Shown: piece by piece, positions 10,797 through 22,224 of the stretch
Layout of the letters: each line of letters starts with the position of its first letter
How positions within the stretch are numbered: position 1 is the first letter of the stretch
Source of the DNA: Convolutriloba macropyga
Taxonomy: Eukaryota
Direction: 5' to 3'
Length of the DNA stretch: 64,000 nucleotides
NCBI RefSeq assembly: GCF_964194025.1
Contig: NC_134482.1
Location: 31,124,001-31,188,000 of the forward strand
The notes under the pieces: model-generated
Databases searched by the model: none
What the model was told of the DNA's origin: nothing
The model's input: the letters and a program-made list of their open reading frames with translations, nothing else
Made by a program: the position numbers and the translations under genes

Positions 10797-11823
10797 GTAA
10801 CACGCTTAATTAATACTGCCCTCAGGTTAAACGGGACTGAGCGTATGATATCTGGTGAAATCTAGATTAGGTCAGAGGAAATTCTGGTGGTATTTGGCAA
10901 AATTTTCATCTCAAACTTATTGGGTTTTAGGCGAACGCAAAACACAGGGACGCGGTCCCTGGAACTCCTTATGAAAATTGTGCTCTATGAAAATTTTATA
11001 ATTTTCCAAAGAATGAACGACATCAGAACAAGAGACAATCATTACATTCATCTGACATCTCATCAATAGCCGGCCTCATCTTCTCAGCCGTTTATTCTAG
11101 CGACCCATTTTCTGCTATCTAAAGACTCGAAAAGTAGTATTGGAGAAATATCTTTTTCAAATCAATTTTATTAAAGTGATTTTGAAGCAGGAAATGAAAT
11201 ACGTGAAAAAATTTGGAGTGGTTTGATTATCGAACAAAACTAGCGATTGCAGAGAAAAAAGTGGTTTTTGTTATACCGCTGTTTTCGAGAGAGCGAGAAA
11301 TATCGATGGTTTCAAGAGCGGCTTTTTTCCAGCAGTTTTTTTGGATTTAACTATTTTTTCTATTAAGAGCTTTGAATAGGCTGTACTAATAATTTACAAT
11401 TTGCATTGATATTGCCTTTTGGTAAGTTTTATACTAATTTTGTTTTTTTAGCTATTTTGCTGTTTTTTAGACTCTTTGAGCAATTTTTGCCCGTTGTTTT
11501 CTTTCATTGTATTTGTTGGGGATCAAATAGACGCTTATTGTTCAAAACAAGTTTTAGGTATAAATTCATCGCAGTTTCGATGGTATAAAATATTGTTTTT
11601 GTTGAGAAATTTGACAACATCCGAGAAATTTGGAACTCTTTTTTGTGAATTTTACCCTTTTTTAAAAAACATTATACGAATATGACAGACTATAATTCCT
11701 CTGCCTTCATATGCTCTCAATTGAATTAAAGAAAGATTTTAGTTTTTAGGTGCTCGTGTATTATATAAAAAAGTAGTTGAAGTTCTCTTTTTTTTAATTC
11801 AGTCGATTTTTTGGGCTAATTTT

Positions 11824-12113
11824 TTAATTGCTCTCAAACGAAGTTTGTAGCAATTTTTATTAGTTCTGTGGATTTTTTTTGCAATTTTTTGTCTCGATCT
11901 TTGTCTGGCCGATTTGACATTACGCCCTCAAAAACGGGATAATCAGGTAGCGCTCGGAGAGCTTTAAGTAGCTGAGCAGCTGTCTTAGATTCTTACGCCT
12001 TAATAGGTCTCTTAGAATGCGATTCACCGAAACTGTTTTGAGACAATTTCGGGGTGTGAGTGGGCAGTTCTTGGTCTTACAAGTTTGAGCCCCCTCAATT
12101 AGTCGGCTATGTT
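11824..12113 (+). mobile_element. HINE family A2, internally deleted copy in POLR2D intron 2
   Basis: TTAATTGCTCTCAAACGAAGTTTGTAGCAATT start; body matches 14281; ends TTAGTCGGCTATGTT. Confidence 0.7.
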
Positions 12114-13169
12114 TCATTATTTGGCTTATTTTTTAATTAAATTTTAGTGGTTTTAGTATGAATTATAGTATTTGTCAATGGTATGATTTCTAGTGTTTTT
12201 CAATGGGAGATTTTTTTGGCAAAGACGATTCTGCGAGTGGTCCTGGAATTCTTGGAATTCTTTTTATGCATATCTATTCTCATGTGGTTTTTGACGTCAA
12301 ATTGAAATTTTTATTTTAGGTCTAGTTTTAGGGGACCAGTTTATGTCTAGTTTTGTGGTCCAGGACTTGGTCGTGCTGTTTTTTTAGCTTCGTCGAACAA
12401 AAATTGGTTTCACTTTCCTTTAAATAACAGCTTGTTCAACATTTTGTATAAAATCTTTTGGCAGTTTGGTGTTACTTCTATAGGCGAGTTTCACTCTTCT
12501 CTTATTCTTAAAGTGCTTTTCGGCAGCAGTTGCTCAGAAGAGCAATCTAAAATGAACAGAGCCAATAACGAAAATTTAATTCAAAATAAACGGGATGAAC
12601 ACATAGAGCCCAATTTTAGATGCCCGTTGTTAGTTAGTTACCATCTCTAATGCTTTTTGGTATTAATACTAGCCCCTGTATCCTCTCATGAAACGAGTGT
12701 CTAAATACAAAATGAAATCAGAAAAGTTTGCCTTTTATAAATTGTTTTCTGTACAGCAATCAATCTTTTCGTTTTTTTTTCTGTTTCAATCCTAATCGAG
12801 GTTACGGGAGTGAATTGGGGTTATTTCCCGGCAATCTCGTGTGTATGCTTGAAGTCTTATTAAGATTATAAGACGTAAAATATGCCGTCTATTTTTTGTA
12901 AATATTGATGTTTATCGAAAAACTTATGACAAATAAATCAAACGGAAAAATTATTTTCACTCCAAATGCAAATGCAGAAACATGAAGTCTGAGCTGTACC
13001 GAAAACAAAAAATATAGAACATTGGGCACGGAAAAATTTGAAATTATATACAGTGTTGTTTTTCGGAAACAAAGTGTGTATCAGTAGATTAATGCCTAGA
13101 CTATTATAGAGCGTTTCTTTTGTACTGATTATATACGGCAGAGTTTTGCGTAAATCGTGAGAACAGTTT

Positions 13170-13559
13170 TTAATTGCTCTCGAACGAAGTCGTAAACAGT
13201 TACTGTAAACGTGTTCGTCTTCTTTCAAGCAAATTTTATGCTTGATCGTTTTCTTCTGGGACATTTTTTTTTATTTCACTTCTTATTCTCGAATGACTTT
13301 TTCCGACTTGAGATATTTAATATTTTCAGTGATTTAGTTTGGGTGCATTCACAAACTATGTCTGTTGCTAGAATGAAACCGGCTGTGAGAGATGATCGTA
13401 CATAGCCCCTGTAGCGTAGTGGTGAATGTCCTCGACTCGTAATCTCAGATGTTCGATCCCCTACCTAGTCATAGTTTTATGCACCATATAAGTTTCTCTA
13501 GACTGTTTGCCGCGCCAGTCGTCCGAGAGCAATTCGTCCGACGTTAGTCTGTTGATGTT
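13170..13559 (+). mobile_element. HINE family A1 with tRNA-like cassette (13405-13465)
   Basis: 5' AATTGCTCTCGAACGA; TAGCGTAGTGG, CT-CGT-AA loop, GTTCGATCC; 3' TCGTCCGAGAGCAATT + CCGACGTTAGTCTG + ATGTT. Confidence 0.78.
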
Positions 13560-13690
13560 TAATTGCTCTCGAACGAAATTCGAAGCTATTATTGTAAAGG
13601 TGTTGGTCTTTTTAGGCAAAATTTTCGCTTGACCTTTGCGACTTTTCGCCCTTGTCTTCTTTACGTGATCTAATTTTTCTCTCATTCACA
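13560..13690 (+). mobile_element. HINE family A1 5' fragment joined head-to-tail to the previous copy
   Basis: ...GATGTT/TAATTGCTCTCGAACGAAATTCGAAGCTATT junction. Confidence 0.7.
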
Positions 13691-13764
13691 AGTCTCAGCA
13701 GCTGAACTCAAATGACGGCAATTCACTACTAAAATTCAAATAAAAATTGCGTTAAGTATTTTAG

Positions 13765-13968
13765 AAACACGACACGATCAACGCCGTCCGCAATCACCTT
13801 ATGACGAAAAAGCTGCACAAGTACGAAATAGCAGCCTTAGCCAATCTATGTCCAGATACAGCCGAGGAAGCATGTGCTCTCATTCCGAGTTTGGAGACCC
13901 GATTTGAGGAACGAGAATTGGAGGCAATTTTAACACATATCCAGAGTTTAATCTCATACGATAAATAG
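13765..13968 (+). CDS. POLR2D: RNA polymerase II subunit RPB4, exon 3 (164 aa total)
   Basis: TTTTAG|[67 protein letters not shown]; HRDC-like RPB4 motif LANLCP..AEE..ALIPSL. Confidence 0.93.
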   Translation, partial: KHDTINAVRNHLMTKKLHKYEIAALANLCPDTAEEACALIPSLETRFEERELEAILTHIQSLISYDK

Positions 13969-14280
13969 AACACTAACGACGAAGAAAAACCGTTTAATTT
14001 AATTTGACCTTTTGTGTTGTTATTTTACTGCTCGAAAAATATTCATTGATCGTATTTGGTGCAATGTTTCTGACTTTCTGATTAAAATTTTTACGCGGAT
14101 AAGTTGATTTTTGTTAGACGCAAAAGTCACCTCGGTGATAGTTCCCCTAATGTTTGTGATACATGGTATTGTCGACCTTTTCTATGGCTTCAGGGAAATT
14201 TGCTAATGTGTTCAAGAATTTGGAAACCAGAGTTGACATGTTTGTCCAGTTTGCCAGGCCGGATACTTGTTTTTGAGTTT

Positions 14281-14700
14281 TTAATTGCTCTCAAACGAAG
14301 TTTGTAGCAATTATATTAGTCCTGTTGGTCTTTTTTTATGCGATTTTTCGCTTGACCGATTTTTCGTCTGACGCTTTTGACTTTTCGTCCTCAAAAACGG
14401 GATAAACAGGTAGCGCCCAGCGGGCATTAAGTGCTCTTAGAGCCTTTCAGCTCAAACTGTTTTGGAGACTTATACTTATACTTATGGTGTGAAGGGCGGT
14501 TCTGAGAGGTTGAGAACCCCCCCCCCCTCCCACCCGTTGACCCCCATCCCCACCGCGCTGTTGCCCCCCCCCACCCAGTGTTGCCCCCATCAGCCCCCAG
14601 TGCACCCCCCCCCCCCCCCCCCCCCGTGGCTAGCTACTGACGAAGCCAACCGCTCGCCGGTCGTTTGAGAGCAATTCGCCCGACGTTAGTCGGTTATGTT
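14281..14700 (+). mobile_element. HINE family A2, complete, with C-tract core
   Basis: 5' AATTGCTCTCAAACGA / 3' TCGTTTGAGAGCAATT; hairpin CCGAC-GTTA-GTCGG; TTATGTT end; poly-C tracts at 14517-14625. Confidence 0.8.
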
Positions 14701-15084
14701 TAAAGTTTATTTTCCTTAAACAGCTCTGTTCTGTTCTTTTAATGGTCGATGATTCTTGCGCGAGGTCAGGCTGTGAATTTGATGTATAGGAGTAGGTATA
14801 ATTTGCGGACATTTTAAGTATTTCTGACTCAATTACTAGCACTTAGCAAGGAAACTTTTGTTTCAATGTTTGATTTCAGATTTTAGATGAACGTCGATTC
14901 ATGAATATAATTGCGTAAAAATCGTATACTTTCAGTCAAGTTGTACTCAATAAGCAACTAAACTCAACCATTCATCTGATAAAAAACTAATTGTCAAGCA
15001 CTAATATTCAAACACTTACCTAATCTACTGGTAGAACTACAGTGAACTTGGTGAACTTTCGTTGACTGTTGCGTGAACAAAAAG

Positions 15085-15392
15085 ATGGCAGCGCCCATTC
15101 ATAGGCAAGCTCAAGGGCTCTTGCTATTACGACGTGAGTTCGAAAGATTAACAAAAAGACCCAGATAACGGGTTCTCGGCAGGGCTGGTAAACGATGATG
15201 ATTACCTTAACTGGGAAGTTATTATTATCGGTCCACCAGATACGTTTTACGAGGGAGGATGGTTCAAAGCCTTGCTAACGTTTCCACCTGAATATCCTCA
15301 AAGGCCTCCAAAGATGAAGTTTGTTAGCAGAATGTGGCATCCAAATATATCAAAAGAGGGCGATGTCTGTATATCAATTCTACATGAACCAG
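15085..15392 (+). CDS. UBE2G1: Ubiquitin-conjugating enzyme E2 G1-like, exon 1 (one extra base at ~15153-15162 breaks the frame as given)
   Basis: [24 protein letters not shown] / [78 protein letters not shown]; HPN motif and catalytic Cys present. Confidence 0.88.
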
Positions 15393-15866
15393 GTGAAGAT
15401 TAGATCATGTTCTTCAGATCTTGATTGGTTGAAAAGCATGTTGGGTTTTTATGTCTTCGGATTGTAGCAAGGCATGCATCATTAAGTGCGTTTTAGATAC
15501 CAAGCTCTTTGTTCAACACGGTTGTTGTAGTGATCTGATTAGTTTCTATGGCAGTTACTTTAAAATAAAATTTGTGCGCAAACTCAGAATGACTCTGCCA
15601 CTGATTTTCAACTGCTCAGCAAGATGAATCAGACAGCGTACAAATGTCACTTGACTGTGAATACATTTCTGTAAAAAATACTAACAAAGCTGAATAATTT
15701 GGTAATTTTTAAATAAACGCAACATTAAGAAATTTAGAAACACCGACACTGTTGCCTTAAACAGTAAATAGAAAAAGTAGTAAATTTCTGTTTTTCCTTG
15801 TTACGCTAAACTGACATTCATTGAGCAAAAACCCGGATTATTAGATCAAAAATCAAACTCAAGTTT

Positions 15867-16425
15867 TTAATTGCTCTCAAACGAAATTTGCAGCAATAAT
15901 TATTAGTGCTGTCGGTCTTTTTATGCGATTTTTCGCTTGACTGATTTGTCGTCTGACCCAGTTGAGTTTTCGTCCTCAAAAACGCGATAAACGGGTAACA
16001 CACAGCGGGAATTAAGTGCTCTTAGAGCCTCTTTCAGCTCACTAGTCTCCAAGTATGCGATTCACAGAAACTGTTTTGGAAACCTATACTTATGGTGTGA
16101 ACGGCGGTTCTTAGAAATTGACCACCCAGTCCACCCCCCCCCCCCCCAGATCAGCCCCCTCTCACTTCACCCCCAATCCGTACCCCTGCACATGGTTCAG
16201 GCTGTAAGGGCCCCTAGCAGCCAAAACTCCCCTCCCACCGTTGCCTCCCCCCCCCCCCCCCCCCCTGTTGCCCCCCTCCCCTCCGGTGCGCCCCCACCCA
16301 CTCCGCTTACCTCAACCCTTCAATTAAGCTAAAGCTAGCCTCTTTAAACCTTGCCTAGCTACTGACGAAGCCAACCGCTTACCGGTCGTTTGAGAGCAAT
16401 TCGCCCGACCTTTGACTGTTATGTT
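15867..16425 (+). mobile_element. HINE family A2, complete, with C-tract core, abutting or interrupting a LINE
   Basis: Same termini as the 14281 copy; C tracts at 16110-16320; ends TTATGTT directly before LINE endonuclease C-terminal residues (..SFNDHYPV). Confidence 0.78.
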
Positions 16426-18917
16426 CTTCAACACCAAAGTTTCAATGACCACTATCCAGTTCAATTCAAGTTTAAATTTCACAAAACGACAATTAATGGA
16501 AAAGTGTATAGAGATACAAAATTTTTAAGTTGCCCGGAACGAGTGAAAAAATATGTCAATGACTTGAATCAACATCTGAAAAATAACGAACAATCAATTT
16601 TTAGTCAAAGCAATGTAAACGAAGCCTTTGATATTTTTAATAGACTTTTCTTACCTTTCTTACTTTTCTGACAAATGCCTATGCACCAATGACAAACAGT
16701 AAAACGAAAAGTAAATGTCCACATTGGTTTTGTGACAAACTGAGAAACTTAAAAACAAAACGAAACAAAGCTCACAGAAAATGGAAAGAAAACCAATGTG
16801 AACCAACGCTTGCTGCTTTCACGAAAGCGAGGGTTAATCTTAAAAAAGATATCATAACAACCAAAAAACAATTTCATCATAATAAATTTGACAAATGTAT
16901 TGGCATTTCAAGACAAACTTCTTAATGAAATCAATGGGTAAACAAATGCTTCCGAAACTTTTCCTATTCTAGCCAGTTGTCAGAAAAATATCGAGGAACC
17001 CAGTCATGTAGATAATGCAAACTCTTTCATTGACTTCTTTATAAATATTGGTTCAAACTTAACAAAACACTTAAAAAGGACTGCCAGACCCAGATTAAAA
17101 AGCAATGCGTATTGCATGTTTTTATATAAAACAAATTCGTCTGAAATTCAGAAAATCATGCAAGGCTTAGACAACAAGTCATCGTCAGGGGACGACAATC
17201 TCAGCAATGTTTTATTCAAAACTTCTGGTTCGGTAACAGCAGTATACTTAGTATACCTAATTAATATTTCGTTCAGTACAGGCGTTTTTCCCGATGCACT
17301 ATCGAATGCTAAGGTTTTCCCGCTTCCTAAAGTAGGCTCCAGAGTTGATGAAAATAATTTTAGGTCAATCTCCCTTTTTAAATGTATGGAGCAAAATTTT
17401 TGAAAGAGTCGTGTACAACCGACTATATTCATTCATCGAATGTTTTAATCTGTTGCATTTTAACCAGTTTGGTTTTAGAACAAAACACAGCATTATTGAT
17501 ACATTGGTTCAACTAACAGAAACAATACGCCGAAATCAGAACAAAATCATCAGTTTTTTCCTAGACCTCAAAAAGGCGTTTGATACAATAAATCATGGCA
17601 TCTTAATAAGTAAATTGGAATTGTGCGGATACGAGGAACGTGTCTGTCTTGTTTTAAATCGTATCTTAGGAACAGAATGCAAAGAGTAGAAATAAATGGA
17701 ATAAGCTCCTCGTGGAAAAGTAAAATGTGGTGTTCCCCTGAGATCAATATTAGGGCCTCTACTATTCATAATTTACATAAATGACTTGCCGAACGTCTGT
17801 AAAGACGTTGAAATTATTTTGTTTGCAAATGATACTAATATTGAAGCAATTGGTTGTTCTATTAACGACGTAGCGTCAGATCTTAAAAACATAAATGATT
17901 GGTTAACTAAAAACATGCTTGTTTTAAAAACCTTTTCTTGAAAAAATCATTCAATATAACATTAAAACGGATAATTTGAACCCATGCTTTGATTTAAATA
18001 ACCAATATGTAAAAGTTGACAATACATGTAAATATCTTGGTGTACGTTTGGAATCAAAACTATTTTTTAAAACTCACATTTCCCATGTTGTAAAAAAACT
18101 TAGCAGGCAATGTGGAATTATTTCGAAACTCAGACACAATGTTCCCAGAAGTAAGTTATTTAACTATTACAATACAAATGTAAATTCAATAATTCAATAT
18201 GGCATACTTATCTACGGATGTTGCACCTGTTCTTCACTCTTTCCCATTTTCGATTACAAAAGAAAATTTTTCGATTACAAAAGAGAATACACTTCCGAAA
18301 AAAGTGGGACAATTGCAATGACCTGTTTATAAACAATACAATACTCTCTGTTTACGAATTGCATTTATATGAATTGCTCAATTTTTTTCTCAAATCTCTA
18401 AATGGACATCATTGTATTAAGTTTTGTAATGATATGTTTCGAAAACAAATAGAATGTTTTAATACACGAAATAGTACATTGAATTTGCTTAATATTCCGT
18501 TTAATAAAGTAAAGTTGAGAGAAACTCAGTTCAATTTAAAGGTTCTGTTCTATATAATAAGCTTAGATTAATTGGAGTGCTACCTGATATTGAAGAAAAT
18601 GTCACTAGGAACAACCTATATGATATTTGTCACAAACTGAAATATTCTTATATCTGTAATAATTCTGAACTTGTTGAATATGTTTATCGCAACCTCTCCA
18701 AATAATCAATTTTCCGTAATTTTGTCTTTTGTTCTGTCATGTGTGTTACTGTCTTGTGTTCTGCAAAGTATATTATTGTCTTGTGATACCATCATGAGAG
18801 GGTGATCTGAAAAGAGGAACTTCATGTCCCCGTTGATCAGCCTTGCTTTATTGTATTTATACGAAAAAGCTAAATAAATTTCATAAGCAGAGAATTGCTA
18901 TTATTATTATTATTATT
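16426..18917 (+). mobile_element. Decayed non-LTR retrotransposon (CR1/L2/Jockey-group LINE) in UBE2G1 intron 1
   Basis: Frameshifted ORF2: NDHYPV (APE end), PHWF, SSGDDN, NFRSIS, QFGFR, FLDLKKAFDTINH, GVP..SILGPLLFIIYINDL, LFANDT, KYLGV; AATAAA and (TTA)n tail. Confidence 0.92.
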
Positions 18918-18949
18918 TCAACCGATGTGATGTTGATGTTTGTTTGTAG

Positions 18950-19108
18950 GGGAAGACAACTGGGGCTACGAGAGTGCGGCTGAGCGGTGGAAGCCAGTTC
19001 ACTCTGCCACAACTATCATAGTCAGTGTCATATCGATGCTGTCTGAAGGGAACGACGAGTCACCCGCCAATGTCGACGCTGCCGTTCAGTGGAGGAAGGA
19101 CTACAATG
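18950..19108 (+). CDS. UBE2G1: Ubiquitin-conjugating enzyme E2 G1-like, exon 2
   Basis: TGTAG|GEDNWGYESAAERWKPVHSATTIIVSVISMLSEGNDESPANVDAAVQWRKDYN|GTACGT; acidic loop of the Ubc7/Cdc34 class. Confidence 0.92.
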
Positions 19109-19499
19109 GTACGTCATTCCAATCAGTTTTGTTTCCAACCACCTCCGCCCACTTGTGAAGAAATCCGCGTGACAAAGTAATGCGCGTTTTTTCACTGATT
19201 TTGGCTTGTTATAGCCTTGGGCGCTACTAGTCAAAAGAGTTGAAATTAAATTGATAGATAATCGTAGTGTTGAAAAGGCAGTTTTAGATGGTCATTTTCT
19301 ACCATGGTAAGGAATATAGCCATCAACATTTCATTGCATTGAATAATAAAGCAAGACGGCTCGGGCAGTTCTGTTCATAGCACAGCATATTCCAACATAC
19401 CTCTCAAGCTTGTCAAAGAAGTTCAATTGGATTTGAGACAAAACTCCAGAACTACGAACTTCATCAAGATAATAAAAAATTAATGACCGAGATATTAAT

Positions 19500-19860
19500 G
19501 CCTATTTTAAATTATATTTGCCCCCCGCCCAGCCTGTCGTTCGAGAGCAATTCATCCTACGTTGGTCGGTTTATGTTCATTAATTGCTCTCGTACGACTT
19601 TTCACTTCTCGAATGACTTTTCCACTGCTTATTTTTTTATGTCTGCGTGACCTAGATTGCTCAACGAAATTAAGTCTATTGCTTAAACATAAGTGATTGT
19701 AAGATAATCAATCACAAGGACCTAATAGCCAACTGGGTAGTGTTTCACGCTATAACGCGGGAGGTCGGTGGCCTTTATGAGTGCAATTTTTTTGCTTCCA
19801 TAAAAATTTATCAAGGCTACAGCCTCCTCTGAGTTAAATTGCTCTTGCTGTCGTTGGGGG
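19500..19860 (+). mobile_element. HINE family A 3' end (to 19577) joined to an A1 copy (19580-~19860) with tRNA-like cassette (~19719-19770)
   Basis: TCGTTCGAGAGCAATT..GTCGGTTTATGTT, CA, then TTAATTGCTCTCGTACGA; TAGCCAACTGG A box and ACGCGGGAGGTC; B box lost. Confidence 0.65.
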
Positions 19861-21010
19861 TCCCGGGGTCTATCTTTCTCTACATTCTCCTGAGATTTCA
19901 ATTTCGTATTATTAAAACTTGGATTATCTTCTGGCATTAAGCTTTTGAAATTCAGTGTAAATTCGTTTCACTAGTACAATTTTTTTCAGAATGTTTTGAA
20001 TCCTTGAGCTCCGTTGTCACTTTTTATATAGAAAGCATGATGTTTTGTGTTTCTAAACACTAAATAATGAACTAAATAAATAGCCTGGAACACTAAATAA
20101 TGAAATGGTCATGTTTTTCTACTTTTTGTCTGATTTTCAAATTTCAACGGATTATGAAGTAGTTTTTCTGTGAATTTTGCGATGTGTCCGTGTTCTCCTA
20201 AGACCTACAGTACTCACAGCTTTGCTGTAGCAGTAGAATTTAATGCCGCACGTAAGAAAAACTTACTTATGAGGTCAAACGGATGATTGATGTGATTTTC
20301 TGATCATGGCGCATTTGTGGGAGGGCAGGATACTGGAGATAAATGTGTGGAAAATTTTTTGATAATCGAGCGAAATTTTTTGATCACGTGAGGCTTCTTA
20401 TAGCATTTTTTGGAAGTTCAACTGAATTTTTTTGTGTAAGGTAATTTTTCTAAATCATAATAACAATTAACTTTACTTTTATGCGGAGTTTTGAAGTTAA
20501 TTATATATTAAACTTTAAGGCGTAATCTTGATCTATATTGTGATTTCGCGGTTTTAGACGCTTTTTGTAGCTGTTGTATTTTTTCGTAAGATTTTTTAAT
20601 CTCTTGGGTAAAATTTTGAAATTAATTTTTCAATTGGTTTTGGTAACCTCCTGATATGATTGTTATCAGTCTAAGAACAATGAGTAAAATCAGTTTTCTT
20701 TTTTGCTTCTTTTTCGTTTTGAAGATATTTGCCTCAGTCTACTGCTTTTGTTCCCTTCAGAATAGTTTTTGTTTTTGTTAATTTAGAGTCATCCTAGGGT
20801 TATTTACTAAGTTGAAAAAGTAATGATTTGATATTACAGATTCTGATAGTACTGATTTTTGATAATACAGATTAATTTAATTTAAAACACTTACGTGCAC
20901 CTTTTAAAAGCCGAAAGTCTGCAGTACCAGAAGTTAAAATGTCAGAAGTTGCTACTTAACCAGAAGTTGACTTTCGTCATTTTAAAACGTGCGCGTTTCG
21001 TGTTTTAAGC

Positions 21011-21127
21011 ATGGTTAAGTGACTCTGCAGAAGTCACTTCGAAATTCTGACTGATTATCGAACCGCTTCGCGGTTCTCGATAAACGCCAGAAGTTCTCAG
21101 TGACTTCGAGCAGAGTCACTTAACCAT
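21011..21127. repeat. 117-bp fold-back palindrome (MITE-like)
   Basis: Perfect arms ATGGTTAAGTGACTCTGC / GCAGAGTCACTTAACCAT; apex GAACCGC-TTC-GCGGTTC. Confidence 0.85.
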
Positions 21128-22224
21128 TACTTAATCACTTACAGTTTTTTGGCTCATATTTGTGTTCTAAGTGCGTTTGGTTGTCGTGTGGGTGCTCAAT
21201 GAATGGAGAGGGAATACATGGTACTTGATCACACCTTTTGCCATCAATTGGTTTCAGGTTTGTTTGTACAATCGTTTTTCTGGGAGAAAATTGCTAAATT
21301 TTAAATAGAAACTTACTTTAATTCCTATAGCTCTTTTTCTTAACACATGGGACATTTGTGCCCATTTGTGTTGGAGTGTTTAGCCATGTAGATAGTGGCA
21401 ATTGTAATTGTAATTGTATGTCGAAGACTATTCTAATTGTTTCGAACGTTTTTCTGGCTGTTTTTGAAAATCTAACATTTTCAAAAACAATCAAGAGTCA
21501 AAAATGGAAATCAAAGCCGAGATTTTAGTCAGGCTTTAAATGAAAAATTGAGAATTCTACGAGTCTCTTTCCTTCGTATAGTTTTATACCTTCAGATTTG
21601 GTCGAGACAGGAGAATTCAGGTTTTTGTTCAAGTGCGGTAACGTTACTTCTGTTTCCATTGTCTTTTTCGCTTTGTGTGATCTGTTTGTTTTGCTGTTTT
21701 CGAATGCTTTCAAGAGGTGGTGCATGTGTTTTAAGGTGTAACGTTACAGTTGCTTGAATCTATCAATCGGCTCCTAGTGACTTTGAGACTATCAATTTTT
21801 AAAATTTGATTTTTTTAGTTGTTCACATTTGCTGTTTTTGATCCTCAGTGCTTAAACGGCAGGACTGGTGTGATTTCTACTGCTTTCTTGGCTCGTAGTT
21901 TGACCTTTCTTCCCCCATTTGTTCTTCCCCCATTTGTTGTTTTTTAACATGGCCTTAAGTCATTTTCAGAAAAGGCGATGGTAATCAGCTATTTGTTTTA
22001 GTGGCTCTGACGCCTCTGCGACTATGGAAAGAGGTTTTCCATTTGATTATTTTGTGTTCATATATTTTTTTTCGTTTGTGAGTTTCAGGGTCTGTTCTTC
22101 TAATAAGCTTGATAGGCAGGTTTTTGGTTTATTCAGTTTTTTCGACAAAAGGTAGTTCAGACATGAGCTGCATGCTTTTGTCTATTCTACCTGGCCATTT
22201 TTTACCTACACTTCGTGCTTGATA

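Noticed and set aside
14462-14668. Proline-rich ORF
   Set aside because: Translation of the C tracts inside a HINE A2 copy.
82-19770. tRNA-like cassettes as functional tRNA genes
   Set aside because: Acceptor and anticodon stems do not pair and several T arms are damaged; only the promoter boxes and spacing remain.
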